From contig CM120643.1 in the NCBI GenBank assembly GCA_051362555.1, positions 3,038,001-3,102,000 on the forward strand: a stretch of DNA of 64,000 bases. Direction: 5' to 3'. Every line of letters begins with the position of its first letter. Within the stretch, counting starts at the first letter, position 1. Both the position numbers and the translations under genes were made by a program. The stretch comes from Lingula anatina (Eukaryota > Animalia > Brachiopoda). Below, one piece after another: positions 63,633 through 64,000 of this stretch. A model generated the notes under the pieces. That model was given only the letters and a program-made list of their open reading frames with translations, searched no databases and was not told where the DNA came from.

Positions 63633-64000
63633 TAAGTGTTTTTGAAAACTGACCCCTATCTGTTGCACTGCAGTTGCTCTGTGTGAATAACACAGCATTT
63701 ATATGGTCATTGTTCATTCACTATTGATACTTAATGTAGACTACAGACAACCAGACATAACAACTGAAATGACCAACAGACTCTGTGTCAGCCAGTCAAC
63801 CATCATGTAACCTTTGAAAACTGCAGTGAGATGGAGGATTGAACCTGCTTATATTTTATTAACAAACAAGCGGGGAGCTTTGGGGCTCTGCACAGACTGC
63901 TAAAACAGAATAGCTGACTACATCAAAGTCTACTCAGTGTAGTCAGTTTTAAATTTCTGTTTTCATTTTTAAAACAATTCTATCTTCACATATCACTTTC

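Noticed and set aside
1-64000. tRNA, rRNA or tRNA-derived SINE genes
   Set aside because: No cloverleaf, A/B-box pair or rRNA-like segment recognised by eye; a covariance-model scan was not possible.

Overview
Eukaryotic (invertebrate animal, plausibly lophotrochozoan) genomic DNA with two spliced minus-strand genes. (1) A KCTD1/KCTD15-type BTB/POZ gene (about 3.3-9 kb) in a CpG-rich region. (2) An NFAT5/TonEBP-type Rel-homology transcription factor, 5'-incomplete here, with 11 phase-consistent coding exons from 61885 to 22060, a 4.2 kb Gln-rich exon upstream of the RHD and a probable ~4.8 kb 3'UTR. The NFAT5 introns hold many mobile elements: an apparently intact ~6.5 kb tyrosine-recombinase (DIRS-order, Ngaro-like) retrotransposon, a 5'-truncated Rex1/Babar-like LINE, a Helentron/HINE-like element containing a nested Kolobok-like TTAA element, and several nested TIR MITEs. 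The most unusual object is the YR retrotransposon. Its SGNH hydrolase ORF lies upstream of gag, it has short imperfect terminal inverted repeats, and it carries spliceosomal-type splice signals that may express SGNH, Gag and possibly an SGNH-RT-RNaseH fusion. Also notable is an 11-copy tandem amplification of an NFAT5 3' splice site. All calls are from reading the sequence by eye; no database searches were run.
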